Source: Pseudomonadota bacterium (lineage in GTDB: Bacteria > Pseudomonadota > Alphaproteobacteria > UBA1280 > JAAZVW01). Taken from it: DNA of 64,000 bases. The first letter of the stretch is position 1, and the number at the start of each line of letters is the position of its first letter. The notes under the pieces were generated by a model that saw nothing but the letters and a program-made list of their open reading frames with translations, did no database searches and was not told the DNA's origin. Location of the stretch: positions 977 to 64,976 of the forward strand of contig JAAZVW010000003.1 of assembly GCA_018623135.1 (NCBI GenBank), given 5' to 3'. Shown here in pieces: positions 9,761 to 19,503 of this stretch. A program made the translations under genes and the position numbers.

Positions 9761-10372
9761 TTAAGCGTTGCCTTTAAAAATCTTAAGCAATAAAAGCATC
9801 GCTTTCAATTCTTTTGATAAAATTAACCTTTCCTCTTGTGCTTTTTGGTGCACATCTTTATACACATCTAATGTTTTTTTCTGTTCAGGGCTACTATAAG
9901 CAGCAATAAAAGCATGGTGCATATCTACCGAGGTATCTTGGTCTAATGGTAATTGAGAAAGCCCGCTTGTTACATGTATTGTTTTTAGTTCAGTATAAAT
10001 ATTAGGTTGAAAATGCCCTAGTGCTTGGTAAGCAAACTCTAAACTTTTGAGCTGTTTTGGGTCGCTGTATGAAAGAATCATAGAGTGGATGAGTGCTTTT
10101 TTAACTTCAATCTTATGGCCAGGCAAGGCACCTTCATCTATATACATATCTTCAGCAGAAATGTTTTTAAGTAAAAGCCCATAGGCTGATATTTTCTGCG
10201 CTGTTTCAGAAACTTCAGGCGCTTGAGTTAAAAGCTCCAAGAAAAAGCTCATTTGCGGCGCAATACTATGTAGCAATGCTGAAATATCATCCGATACATT
10301 TAATGCGCCTTGTGTTTTGTATTGATGAACAAGATTTGTCAGGTCTTGTATTTGTGTGTCGTTAATATGCAT
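9761..10372 (-). CDS. Hypothetical helical protein
   Basis: 203-aa ORF with no recognisable motif. It has its own terminator-bounded slot between rsmB and rpe. Confidence 0.4.
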   Translation of the reverse strand: MHINDTQIQDLTNLVHQYKTQGALNVSDDISALLHSIAPQMSFFLELLTQAPEVSETAQKISAYGLLLKNISAEDMYIDEGALPGHKIEVKKALIHSMILSYSDPKQLKSLEFAYQALGHFQPNIYTELKTIHVTSGLSQLPLDQDTSVDMHHAFIAAYSSPEQKKTLDVYKDVHQKAQEERLILSKELKAMLLLLKIFKGNA

Positions 10373-10418
10373 AGATGATCGTCCCCTATGTATTTTTGCT
10401 TAACTATTGTTGCAAATT

Positions 10419-10451
10419 AAAAAAACGACTCTTTAAATAGAGTCGCTTTTT
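10419..10451 (-). terminator. Intrinsic terminator about 140 nt downstream of rsmB
   Basis: Stem cgactct/agagtcg (10426-10432 and 10439-10445) with loop ttaaat, flanked by an A-run and a T-run. Confidence 0.65.
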
Positions 10452-10591
10452 GTTTCCAAACCCTCTTGTATCTCTCGTGTTAAGGTTTGTTTTTATCTCT
10501 CTATACTAATAAGTCTAGGTTCTATATTGTTCAGTTTAAATAACTAAAGAGTGGTAAATATGGTGTTTTTGTTTGATATTTATGGTGTTTT

Positions 10592-11782
10592 TTATAGCTT
10601 TTGGAGTAGAGCCACAAAAAAACCATCGCAAAACATAGCTGGTGTTGTGCGTAACATGCCTTGCTCATTTGCGTAAGAGGAGAGGGTGTCAAATCCAGAA
10701 AGATCAACAAGAGAAAAATCAGCATTTTTTTCCAGAAAACCTAATATTTGTTCTTCTGATTCGCTCTTAAATAAAGAACAGGTACTATAAAGTAAGTAAC
10801 CGCCTTTGTTAACAAGCTTTGCTGCCTGTGTAATCGCTTGCCGCTGTAAGTCTATTAAATTTGTAACGTCTGAAGCAGTTTGCCTAAAAAACACTTCGGG
10901 ATGTCGCCTGCTTGTTCCTGTTGCAGAGCAAGGTGCATCTAAACTTACAAAATCATAATTGCCTTTAAGCTTTAGCATGTCTGCCTGCTGGGTGGTAACA
11001 TTAAGGTTAAGGCGTTTTGCATTTTCCTGAAGCCTCTCTAAGCGTAGAGGATTAATATCCACGCCTAAAATATCACTTTCAGGGCAAATATCTTTAAAAT
11101 GAAAAAGTTTACCGCCAGGTGCACAGCAAATATCAATAATATTTTTCGGTGTTACCCCTGTTTTTGTAATAAGTTCTTTAAGTACAGTACCTGGTAATTG
11201 CGCAGCTTCATCTTGTACATAAAATTGCCCTTGGCTGTATCCAAGTAATTTTGTGATATCTTGCGGAGGAATTCTTACAGCACCATTTTCTTGTTTATCG
11301 CCTTTAAGGGCAAAACCTTCCCTTGGTCGCAAATCTATTTCAGGAATGTCGTAAAGATGGCCTATAATTTCTTCAGCATCTTCATAATCAGCAGAAATTT
11401 TGTCGAAAATCCACTGTGGAATTTTAGGTAAATTTATAGGGCGTTCTTGAAGATATTTTCTGAGCAAGGCATTTAAGGTGCCGGTTAAATGAAACGTTTT
11501 TTTGTTTTTCTTAAGTAGATTCACATTTTCGTAAATGGCTGCATGTTGGCTATCTGCTGAAATTTCTTCTATTTCTGCAATGGCCATAGCAAAGCAGAGC
11601 TTAAATTCAATTGCTTTTATGGGTTTCTTTAGCCAGCTCTTACAGAGTAATTCAGCCACATTTAGCTGTTGTATAGCGGCTTTATATAGCGCTTTTTCTT
11701 TATCTTGAAGAGCTGTTTGGTCTATATAATCTGCTATAAGTGTAGCTTTAAGCTGTTTTAAAACCTTTGCACGCCATGCCAT
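10592..11782 (-). CDS. rsmB: RsmB/Sun-family rRNA cytosine-C5 methyltransferase
   Basis: 396 aa with DICCAPGGK (SAM binding), LDAPCSATG and YSTCSL (catalytic Cys motifs). It lacks a long NusB-like N-terminus. Confidence 0.8.
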   Translation of the reverse strand: MAWRAKVLKQLKATLIADYIDQTALQDKEKALYKAAIQQLNVAELLCKSWLKKPIKAIEFKLCFAMAIAEIEEISADSQHAAIYENVNLLKKNKKTFHLTGTLNALLRKYLQERPINLPKIPQWIFDKISADYEDAEEIIGHLYDIPEIDLRPREGFALKGDKQENGAVRIPPQDITKLLGYSQGQFYVQDEAAQLPGTVLKELITKTGVTPKNIIDICCAPGGKLFHFKDICPESDILGVDINPLRLERLQENAKRLNLNVTTQQADMLKLKGNYDFVSLDAPCSATGTSRRHPEVFFRQTASDVTNLIDLQRQAITQAAKLVNKGGYLLYSTCSLFKSESEEQILGFLEKNADFSLVDLSGFDTLSSYANEQGMLRTTPAMFCDGFFVALLQKL

Positions 11783-12444
11783 TACCAGATTTCATCCTCA
11801 TCTTGGTATTGTGGTGGGCGATATTTAAAGAGTTTATTGGCAAGCTCTGTTTGGGTATCGACTTGCTTAAAACTTAAATATACTTTGTGCCCAAGTTGGT
11901 TTGTTGTTAGGATTTCTCTAAGCTGAAAAGGCGCCTTAGAAAAATTCAATGCAAGCTGCATCGCTTCTTCTTCATTTTGCATTTTCAAGAACAAATCAAT
12001 GCTGTCATCATTTTCCGTGATGTTGAGTATCTGCAACTTTTCCGTGTTTTTTAGGTTAATCTCTTTTTTAAGCAAAAGCTCCTCTAATAACGGATGACGT
12101 GGAAGCTGTGTTACCTGCCCATTGGCATCATCTACAAAGTAAATATCAGTGCCTGTGGCAATAATTTTATGGGTCTCTGGCTCTTGGTACTGCCATAAAA
12201 ATTTATAGGGCTTCTTTAGTTTGAAATCACCTTTTGCAAAGGGATGCCCTGCGCTGTACTGTTCAAATTTGGCAGAAAAATTATCAAAAGAGTTCAGGTA
12301 CTCTTCTATTTTTGTTAAAAGAGCCTCTCGTTTTTCTACAGAAGAGCTATCTAGCGGTTCAACAGCAATCATAGCCTCTTCGGCCTGTAAAACCGAGGCA
12401 TTCAAGATAAGTGCAAGTGCAATAATAATGTGTTTCATGAGCAA
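11782..12444 (-). CDS. lolA: LolA-like outer-membrane lipoprotein carrier protein
   Basis: 220 aa with a signal peptide (IIIALALILNASVLQAEEA). FSAKFEQ and WQYQEPETHKIIATGTDIYFVD resemble LolA. Its stop overlaps the rsmB start (TAATG). Confidence 0.65.
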   Translation of the reverse strand: MLMKHIIIALALILNASVLQAEEAMIAVEPLDSSSVEKREALLTKIEEYLNSFDNFSAKFEQYSAGHPFAKGDFKLKKPYKFLWQYQEPETHKIIATGTDIYFVDDANGQVTQLPRHPLLEELLLKKEINLKNTEKLQILNITENDDSIDLFLKMQNEEEAMQLALNFSKAPFQLREILTTNQLGHKVYLSFKQVDTQTELANKLFKYRPPQYQDEDEIW

Positions 12445-12568
12445 ATGTTACCTCAAAATAGGTTAAAACCCAAGCAAAAAGGCGTTTTTGTAAGTAAATG
12501 AATACTGACGAAAACGCACTTAAAGCAAGGTTGTTTGATTAAATCTGTAAAGTTAAACGGAAGAAAGG

Positions 12569-13936
12569 CTATTTTCCGTCGTAATAATTCCAAGGTGGGT
12601 ACTTAGCGGCACCGCGTTGGCGTGCATTGTACTCTTCTTGCTCAGAGTAGCCACGTGGTACACCTAAACGTTGACCAGGGTGGATTAAATCAGGGTCTTC
12701 AATCTGATCTCGGTTTGCATCCCATAATAACGGCCACAACTTCCAGTCGTTATAGATACGTGGCTTGTCAGAGATACCAGAAAGGCTATCACCAGGCACA
12801 ACAATATAACGATCATCGCCAGAATAAGGGTCCTGTATGTATGCTGTACCACCGCCTTGCGCAATGCCATTAGGGACATAGTTTGGCTGTACTGGCATTA
12901 CATTGTTGTTACTGTTTTGGTCGAGTACAACACGGCCTTGTTCAGGGCTAATACCAGCACCATACTGTTCTGGTTGTGGGTCAATTTGTTGGTTGTTGTA
13001 GTCGAATAAACCATTACCACGTTCTTGAATATTTGTTGGAACATAAGGACGAGGCTCAGCACGACGGTATTCTGGGTTTTGAGCCAGCGTATCGTGGTAT
13101 TTTTCCTGAATTTTATCCTGCCCTAATTTATGAACATTTGGTAGGTAAACGGTAGAACCTTCTTCCGGAATTGGTTTGCGCCAGCTATCTGGTACGCCAC
13201 GCTGGCCAATTTCTTGTCCTTTAGCTGCACGTGGGTCTTTAAACTTACGATTATCGTAATCTGAAATTCTAGTGCCATCTGGGTGAATTGGACGACCATG
13301 GTAAAGAGGGTCGTTACGGTAGTTATAGGCAGCATTAGGGTCATAGTTATAGTCACCCGGCTTAGGTGCTGTACCTAATGGGTCAAATTCTGGGCCTTTA
13401 TCTTTTGCATGTAGTTCAATTGTGCCTTTATGCTTTTTAGACTCTGACCATTCTTCAGGGATCATACCTGAATTGATTTCTTCGTCTGTAAGTGTACGGA
13501 ATCTTTTAGGCTCTTGAATTTTAAGTGCAAGATCATCATCATCATGTGCAAGACTAGGGTCTTTCACAAACTGTACATTATTTCTAATTTGAGTGATGTG
13601 GCGTTTTTCACGTAGTAAATTTGCGTATTCACGACGCTGTATCGCATCGTATAAGCCATCAGGACGCATAGAATAAGAAGCCGTTGCACCATCATTAAAA
13701 ATAGGGCGAGCTTCTAAGTCATCACGCGTGTAGTAATTTGAGCGTTGCTCAGAAATATCTTCTTCATAATAAACAACCGGCGGAAGACGATACTCTTCTC
13801 CGTTTTCTTGGCGCATATTATTTGGCATATCTCTTTCAAAATCATTCGATTTAAAGAAATCAAACCAAGCCGCATGAGCAGGCATGCTCACGGCTACAAA
13901 AAGCGCAATGAAAGATATTTGTAATTTTTGCTTCAT
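12569..13936 (-). CDS. Secreted low-complexity protein with a C-terminal LysM domain
   Basis: C-terminal YIVVPGDSLSGISDKPRIYNDWKLWPLLWDANRDQIEDPDLIHPGQRLGVP is a LysM fold signature. The likely start is MKQKLQISFIALFVAVSMPAHA (signal peptide) at 13936; the ORF is open to 13972. Confidence 0.7.
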   Translation of the reverse strand: MKQKLQISFIALFVAVSMPAHAAWFDFFKSNDFERDMPNNMRQENGEEYRLPPVVYYEEDISEQRSNYYTRDDLEARPIFNDGATASYSMRPDGLYDAIQRREYANLLREKRHITQIRNNVQFVKDPSLAHDDDDLALKIQEPKRFRTLTDEEINSGMIPEEWSESKKHKGTIELHAKDKGPEFDPLGTAPKPGDYNYDPNAAYNYRNDPLYHGRPIHPDGTRISDYDNRKFKDPRAAKGQEIGQRGVPDSWRKPIPEEGSTVYLPNVHKLGQDKIQEKYHDTLAQNPEYRRAEPRPYVPTNIQERGNGLFDYNNQQIDPQPEQYGAGISPEQGRVVLDQNSNNNVMPVQPNYVPNGIAQGGGTAYIQDPYSGDDRYIVVPGDSLSGISDKPRIYNDWKLWPLLWDANRDQIEDPDLIHPGQRLGVPRGYSEQEEYNARQRGAAKYPPWNYYDGK

Positions 13937-13966
13937 GGGCTTATTATGTGCTTTGAATAAGAACAA

Positions 13967-15475
13967 ATGCAAAGGTTAAAACAACGGATGACTTTTTTGA
14001 TCAATAGGGGTGTGGCAATTTTACTTTTTTTGGCTGTAAGTTTGCTACCTATAAAAGCAATGGCCATCTATATGGGTATGCAAACCTTACCTTCTGGGCT
14101 AGATAGTCGTTTAGAGGCATCGGCTTCCGCAGCACGTATTTTAAGGCTGGTTTCAGAAGGCTTAGTTTATTTAGATGATGATTTTACACCTAAAAGCCGC
14201 ATTGCTGAAATTGATTTAAATGAGCCAGAAAAGAAACTGCTGTTTCATCTTAAAAACCATCAATTTCACGATGGTTCGCAACTAACAGCTCCGCAGCTTG
14301 AACTTTTTTATAATGCGATTTTGCAAGATAAAATCCCCAGCCCATTAAAAGGTAGCTTTGCAGATATTCTTTCTATTAAAGCAGAAAACGATAAAACATT
14401 AACTGTGTATTATACCGAGTTAACCACAGGCTTGTGGGAAGCTCTACAATTACCTATTTTAAAACTTGATGAAGCCCTTGGCAGAGGCCAAATGCCAATA
14501 GGTTTAGGAGACTATAAAGTAGTTGCATTTGAGCCTAACCGCTACTTACGTTTAAAAGCCTATAAAAAAGGTATTGTGGATCAGTTAGAATTTAGCCTCA
14601 TTAAAGACCCTATGGTGCGTTTACTTAAGCTCCAAAAAGGTGAAATTGATATCATTCAAAACGATATGCCGGTTGAGCTTTATAATTATGGTATTCAGCA
14701 GGGGCTTAAAGGCTTAACCGCACCAAGCTTAAGCTACACGTATTTAGGGTTTAATCTGGAAGATAAACTAACAGGTAAAAAAGAATTACGTCACGCTCTT
14801 GCCTATGCTCTTAATGCGCAAAGTATTATAGATACGCTTTTACAGGGTTATGCAGAGCCTGCTGAATCTTTATTAAGTGAAAAACATCCATTTCATCATC
14901 CTGTGCCACAATTTGCTTATAACCCTAAAAAGGCAGAAGATTTATTAGATGAACTCGGCTACCCACGCCAAAAAAATGGCTACAGATTTAGCTTAGATTT
15001 TTCTACAACAAATAATCCCTTTATTTTGCGTGTTGCTCAAATTATGCAGCAACAGCTTAAAGAAGTTGGCATTAAAATGAATATTCATAACTCTGAATGG
15101 GGTACATTTTACGGTCAAATTAAAAAGGGGAATTTCCAGATGTATCTTCTGACTTGGGTTGGTCGCTTTCAGCAAGATATTTATAAAGTGCTTTTCCATT
15201 CGGATATGATTGTACCTCAGGGTGCAAACAGAGGGCGTTATCAATCTAATAAAGCAGATCAGCTTATTGATAACCTTGTGACTTACCCAACCCCGCAAAT
15301 TGCTCAACAGCTGCAAGAACTCATTCATAAAGAAGATATGGTGTATGTCCCGCTTTGGAAACGTCATCACCTTGTGCTGATGAACCCAAATTTAAAAGGC
15401 TATAGCGTAAACGAAGAGGGCGATTATTCGGGCCTTAAAGAGATAACACAGAAACACAAGGACAATGAAAAATGA
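13967..15475 (+). CDS. ABC-transporter substrate-binding protein, family 5 (peptide/nickel type)
   Basis: 502 aa with a signal peptide. LVYLDDDFTPKSRIAE, YLGFNLEDK and WVGRFQQD are typical of SBP_bac_5. No permease or ATPase genes are adjacent. Confidence 0.8.
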   Translation: MQRLKQRMTFLINRGVAILLFLAVSLLPIKAMAIYMGMQTLPSGLDSRLEASASAARILRLVSEGLVYLDDDFTPKSRIAEIDLNEPEKKLLFHLKNHQFHDGSQLTAPQLELFYNAILQDKIPSPLKGSFADILSIKAENDKTLTVYYTELTTGLWEALQLPILKLDEALGRGQMPIGLGDYKVVAFEPNRYLRLKAYKKGIVDQLEFSLIKDPMVRLLKLQKGEIDIIQNDMPVELYNYGIQQGLKGLTAPSLSYTYLGFNLEDKLTGKKELRHALAYALNAQSIIDTLLQGYAEPAESLLSEKHPFHHPVPQFAYNPKKAEDLLDELGYPRQKNGYRFSLDFSTTNNPFILRVAQIMQQQLKEVGIKMNIHNSEWGTFYGQIKKGNFQMYLLTWVGRFQQDIYKVLFHSDMIVPQGANRGRYQSNKADQLIDNLVTYPTPQIAQQLQELIHKEDMVYVPLWKRHHLVLMNPNLKGYSVNEEGDYSGLKEITQKHKDNEK

Positions 15476-16080
15476 AATCTCAGGTACTTAAAAAAGCCTT
15501 AAAATCCCATAAAGCTATAAACAGTAAAGAGCAACAAGATACAGAGTATCTGATTGCTTTTATCGATAAATATCAAGAACAAGCTTTTAATCGTAGGCAT
15601 GACCAAAGTTTAGAACACCCCGAATATGGTAATTTGCCTGGGCATTTAGTGGAAACAGCTTGGATTGTTGATCAATCAGAAGCAGAGCCACAGGTGTTGA
15701 TGATTCATCATAACTTTTTACAGCGTTGGTTGTCTCCGGGTGGGCATTGTGATTTAGAAGATATAAAGCCAGGGGATGCCGCTGTACGCGAAGCGATAGA
15801 AGAAACAGGCATTGATTTAGATATACAAAATATTACCCCCCGTTTGTGGGATGTGGATGTACACCCAATTCCTGCTAACCCAAATAAACAAGAGCCAGAA
15901 CACTTACACTTAAATACAAATTGGTATGTTGAAGCTTCAATAAAAGCACCCCTTAAGCTTGCTCTTGCAGAAGTTGCAGATTCCAAGTGGTTTAAATTAT
16001 CTGAAGTGCCTTTGTTGCTCAAAGATGGCGCTATTTCTCGTATGGTACAAAAAACCAAACAGCTCACACAAGCATGTTAA
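15472..16080 (+). CDS. Nudix hydrolase
   Basis: Intact Nudix box GGHCDLEDIKPGDAAVREAIEETGI. Its ATG overlaps the SBP stop (ATGA). Confidence 0.8.
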   Translation: MKSQVLKKALKSHKAINSKEQQDTEYLIAFIDKYQEQAFNRRHDQSLEHPEYGNLPGHLVETAWIVDQSEAEPQVLMIHHNFLQRWLSPGGHCDLEDIKPGDAAVREAIEETGIDLDIQNITPRLWDVDVHPIPANPNKQEPEHLHLNTNWYVEASIKAPLKLALAEVADSKWFKLSEVPLLLKDGAISRMVQKTKQLTQAC

Positions 16081-16098
16081 ATTTTACGCTGTAAGCCA

Positions 16099-16127
16099 TA
16101 AAAAAAGCCCCTTCCTTGGGGCTTTTG
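16099..16127. terminator. Bidirectional intrinsic terminator between convergent genes
   Basis: Stem gcccc/ggggc (16107-16111 and 16118-16122) with A/T extensions, an A-run upstream and a T-run downstream. Confidence 0.7.
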
Positions 16128-16128
16128 G

Positions 16129-16740
16129 TTATTCCTGCGCATTTTTTAATGCGTCAACCAAATCGCTAATATCCATGTTGCGGCCAAAGATGTCATTGGC
16201 TTTTTTCTGTAAGTTTTTCTCAACGTCACCAAACTCGTCATCTTTAACGCGATAAGCAAGGCGGAGAAATTCTTTACTTTCTGCCAGCACCTCTTCTTCT
16301 GTGGCTTTTGGTAATTGTTTTTTAACCATTTCAAAGGTGGCCACTTCAAAATCCGCATGGCGAATTTGTAAGTTAACCTGCAAACAGTTGTTAATCACAC
16401 GCTCAACAACCATCTTGGTTTGTTTTTCAATATTGCTGTCACAGTCTTCATAGCCGGCGGCCACAGCAGCTGCTTTGAGCTTTTCAGTGATTTGTCGGAT
16501 GTTCTCCAGCAGGTTGCGTTTTTGTTCTACGCTTTCACCATCTTGGTGATATTCAAACACAGCCTTGTAAATATCGTTCATGGCTTCAGAAAACGCAGAG
16601 CTCATAGCTGTGGATACGGTGTTTTTTATAACACCCATACGCAGTAATTTAATGTACTGCTTGTGCATAAAAGAAGACATTTTCAGGATGTCCTCTTGCG
16701 TAAAGTTAGAGAGCTTTTTTTCAGTTGTCATAGCGGTCAC
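16129..16740 (-). CDS. Hypothetical charged helical protein
   Basis: 203-aa ORF with no recognisable motif, followed by a terminator. Confidence 0.4.
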   Translation of the reverse strand: MTAMTTEKKLSNFTQEDILKMSSFMHKQYIKLLRMGVIKNTVSTAMSSAFSEAMNDIYKAVFEYHQDGESVEQKRNLLENIRQITEKLKAAAVAAGYEDCDSNIEKQTKMVVERVINNCLQVNLQIRHADFEVATFEMVKKQLPKATEEEVLAESKEFLRLAYRVKDDEFGDVEKNLQKKANDIFGRNMDISDLVDALKNAQE

Positions 16741-16911
16741 CTCATTTAGGTTGCTATTTCAAGAAACGGGGTTCTGTGTATACAGATGTGGCAGAATAAT
16801 GTCTTAAATAAAACCCGCGGTCAAGATAAATTTCCCACATTTGTATGATAAATCAAAAGCTTGCATTTTAAACTAGGGGCTGTACTCTGTTTGGCAAAAG
16901 GAGAATGAACC

Positions 16912-17295
16912 ATGTTAACACCTATGATGTATGCAAAATTACACCGTGCTACAGTCACACATGCTGACTTGGAATATGAAGGTAGTATCACAATAGATGA
17001 AAATCTACTTAAACTTGCTCAACTTAAAGAAAACCAGCAAGTTCATATTTATAACGTGAATAATGGGGAACGCTTTGAAACCTATATTATTAAAGGTAAG
17101 CCAGGTTCTGGTATTATTGCTATTAATGGTGCCGCCGCTCATAAAGCAAATGTGGGGGATAAAGTTATTATTGTTGCCTATGCTCATTTAAATGAGCAAG
17201 AAATAGCCACGCATAAGCCTTATATTGTCATACTTAAAGAAAGCAACGAAATTAAAGAACTTAAAAATATCGAAACCGAGCTTACAAAAGCTTAA
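16912..17295 (+). CDS. panD: Aspartate 1-decarboxylase
   Basis: 127 aa. [21 protein letters not shown] includes the Gly-Ser self-processing site. An AAAGGAGA Shine-Dalgarno lies upstream. Confidence 0.92.
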   Translation: MLTPMMYAKLHRATVTHADLEYEGSITIDENLLKLAQLKENQQVHIYNVNNGERFETYIIKGKPGSGIIAINGAAAHKANVGDKVIIVAYAHLNEQEIATHKPYIVILKESNEIKELKNIETELTKA

Positions 17296-17300
17296 TTATT

Positions 17301-19463
17301 TTATTTGTCGGTTGCGTAAAATACACCGTCCCAGTCTTTTTCTGGCGGATTGTCTTCAAATTCTTTAATGCGTTGGCGGTATATGTCAACAAGCTTTCTA
17401 TGCTCAAGTACTTTGTCTAAGCATCGCTTAGCGGTTGTCCAGTCTTGGGCTCTAAAGGCATCAATAGCAGCAGATATGTTTAAAAGTTCTTCTACCTTAT
17501 TTTCAGGTATGCCATCGCCTAGCCAAATAAGCTCATAAACGTCTACAGGCTTTTGTTTCCCTTTTACAGCCACAAGGTCTAGTGGTACAAAATGGCCTTC
17601 TGGTACTTGGTTTTTAACGCTACCACTTACTACAATATCAACACCATAAAACTTACTTAAACCCTCTAAGCGAGAGGCAAGGTTAACGCCATCACCAATT
17701 ACAGTGTAGTTAAAACGCTGTTTAGAGCCCATATTACCAACAGAAACAATATCGGTATGAATACCAATACCAATTTTCATTTCAGGTAAATTATGTGCGA
17801 CAAAATATTTATTTAAATCGCTTAATTCTTGTAACATCTTAACAGCAGCTTTACAGGCTTGTTTGGCGTGTTCTTGCACGTCCATAGGAGCATTCCAAAA
17901 AGCCATAATGGCGTCACCAATGTATTTATCAATTGTACCTTTTGTGTGCTGTACAATTTCTGTCATTGGTGTGAGATAATGATTTAAGTAATCTGTAAGC
18001 TGTTTTGGGCTTAAATGTTCAGAAATTGTCGTAAAGGATCTAATATCTGTAAACATAAGCGTAAGTTCTTTGTTCTCGCCACCTAATGAAAGTTTTTCAG
18101 GTGCTTTTGAAAGTGTTTGTATCACTTCTGGCGCTAAATAATGCTGAAAGGCATGACGCACAGAACGTCTTTCTCGTTCTTCACGCGCAAAGCGTATGGT
18201 GTTTTGTACAATAAAGCTTAAGGTGATGGTTACAATAGGGTACATAATATCAAACAAATACCCGTAAGAGATATAAAGAATAATAGAAGTCCCAATTGTA
18301 AGGGCAATAAGCCATAGTGCACCTAAAAAGGCAAAAGTGGCTTTAAAGCGAGAGATGTATTTAATTAAGAACAAACCCGCAATAAGAATATAAAAAATTT
18401 CTACTGTATTGGCAAAAGAAGGCCTGTTTAAGTTTGTGCCAGTAAAAATTGTTTCTAGCATTTGCGCATGCACGTCTACCCCAGGTGTTACTGGGTTTAC
18501 AGGTGTCGCACGCATATCTAATAAACCAAGGGCAGAAGTACCCACAAGCAAAATAGCATCATCAAGCATGCCCTTTGGTAGCCTATTATGATACAAGTCA
18601 GTTGCAGAGATATAATTTAACCTATGGTAAGAACGATAGCGCACCCAAAATTGACCATGTTCATCTGTTGGTAAAACATATTTGCCCACTTTTACAGAAG
18701 AAACACCTGTTTGTTTATCTGTTTTAATAAAAAGCGGTGTTTTATCGCCCTGAAATAATCTAAGAGTTTCAACTACTAAAGAAGGGTAGAGCTGGTTTTG
18801 GTAGCTGCTAAAGGTATTAATTTTTCGGATGATATTATCGGAAGAGGGCACATAACCAAAACTACCAAATGATGAAAAAGAATCCTGAATTGTCGGTATA
18901 TTGGTAACGACGTGCTCGTAATTTGGTAACCATTCAGTGGCTAAAGCACCAATTTGGTTTACCGAAGATTTGTTTTTGAGCAAAGGAGATTTCCCTTGAG
19001 CATCCTGCGTAAATACAATACCTCCCACAACAGGGTATTCTTTTAAAAGCTCAGCAAAATGTTTATCGTGGTTTTTAAGGTTTTTTAAGCTTTCTTGCGT
19101 ATTGTAATCAAGGTTCCAGTATTCCATTGCTTGATCTGGGGATGTACGATCCACCTCTGCAAATACCATATCAAAGGCCATTACTTTTGTGCCTTGCTTA
19201 AAGGCTTTTTCAACAAGTTCAGCAACAAAGGTGCGTGGCCAAGGCCATTGGCCCATTTCGCTTAGACTTTTTTCATCAATATCAAGAATGAATACTTTTT
19301 CTGTAGGCGCTTTTTCACGTGGCCAAGCTTGCTGGTAGAGATCGAAAGATTTTAAACGAAGTGTCTGAATAAAATTAGGGTCAGCAATCCTAAGCAAAAT
19401 GAGTAAAAAGAGAATGGCAAATGGCACTAATTTAAGCACTATATTTTTATATGTAGCCGACAC
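17301..19463 (-). CDS. CHASE2-domain class III adenylate cyclase
   Basis: 720 aa with an N-terminal TM plus a periplasmic CHASE2-like region, three or more TM segments, and then a cyclase domain: FTDIRSFTTISE, DKYIGDAIMAFWNAP (Lys consistent with adenine specificity), YTVIGDGVNLASRLEG. Confidence 0.85.
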   Translation of the reverse strand: MSATYKNIVLKLVPFAILFLLILLRIADPNFIQTLRLKSFDLYQQAWPREKAPTEKVFILDIDEKSLSEMGQWPWPRTFVAELVEKAFKQGTKVMAFDMVFAEVDRTSPDQAMEYWNLDYNTQESLKNLKNHDKHFAELLKEYPVVGGIVFTQDAQGKSPLLKNKSSVNQIGALATEWLPNYEHVVTNIPTIQDSFSSFGSFGYVPSSDNIIRKINTFSSYQNQLYPSLVVETLRLFQGDKTPLFIKTDKQTGVSSVKVGKYVLPTDEHGQFWVRYRSYHRLNYISATDLYHNRLPKGMLDDAILLVGTSALGLLDMRATPVNPVTPGVDVHAQMLETIFTGTNLNRPSFANTVEIFYILIAGLFLIKYISRFKATFAFLGALWLIALTIGTSIILYISYGYLFDIMYPIVTITLSFIVQNTIRFAREERERRSVRHAFQHYLAPEVIQTLSKAPEKLSLGGENKELTLMFTDIRSFTTISEHLSPKQLTDYLNHYLTPMTEIVQHTKGTIDKYIGDAIMAFWNAPMDVQEHAKQACKAAVKMLQELSDLNKYFVAHNLPEMKIGIGIHTDIVSVGNMGSKQRFNYTVIGDGVNLASRLEGLSKFYGVDIVVSGSVKNQVPEGHFVPLDLVAVKGKQKPVDVYELIWLGDGIPENKVEELLNISAAIDAFRAQDWTTAKRCLDKVLEHRKLVDIYRQRIKEFEDNPPEKDWDGVFYATDK

Positions 19464-19503
19464 GTCCCTTTTTACCCCTTGCTTATATTATTTTTCTTAA
19501 AGG

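Noticed and set aside
10531-10725. 64-aa minus-strand ORF overlapping the rsmB 3' end
   Set aside because: It overlaps rsmB in another frame and extends into the AT-rich 3' region. It has no Shine-Dalgarno and a hydrophobic junk-like composition.
16741-16911. Possible riboswitch or leader upstream of panD
   Set aside because: The 171-nt divergent region shows only a weak sigma70-like TTGCAT / TACTCT pair and a Shine-Dalgarno. I see no conserved riboswitch-like helices, and no known riboswitch class is associated with panD.
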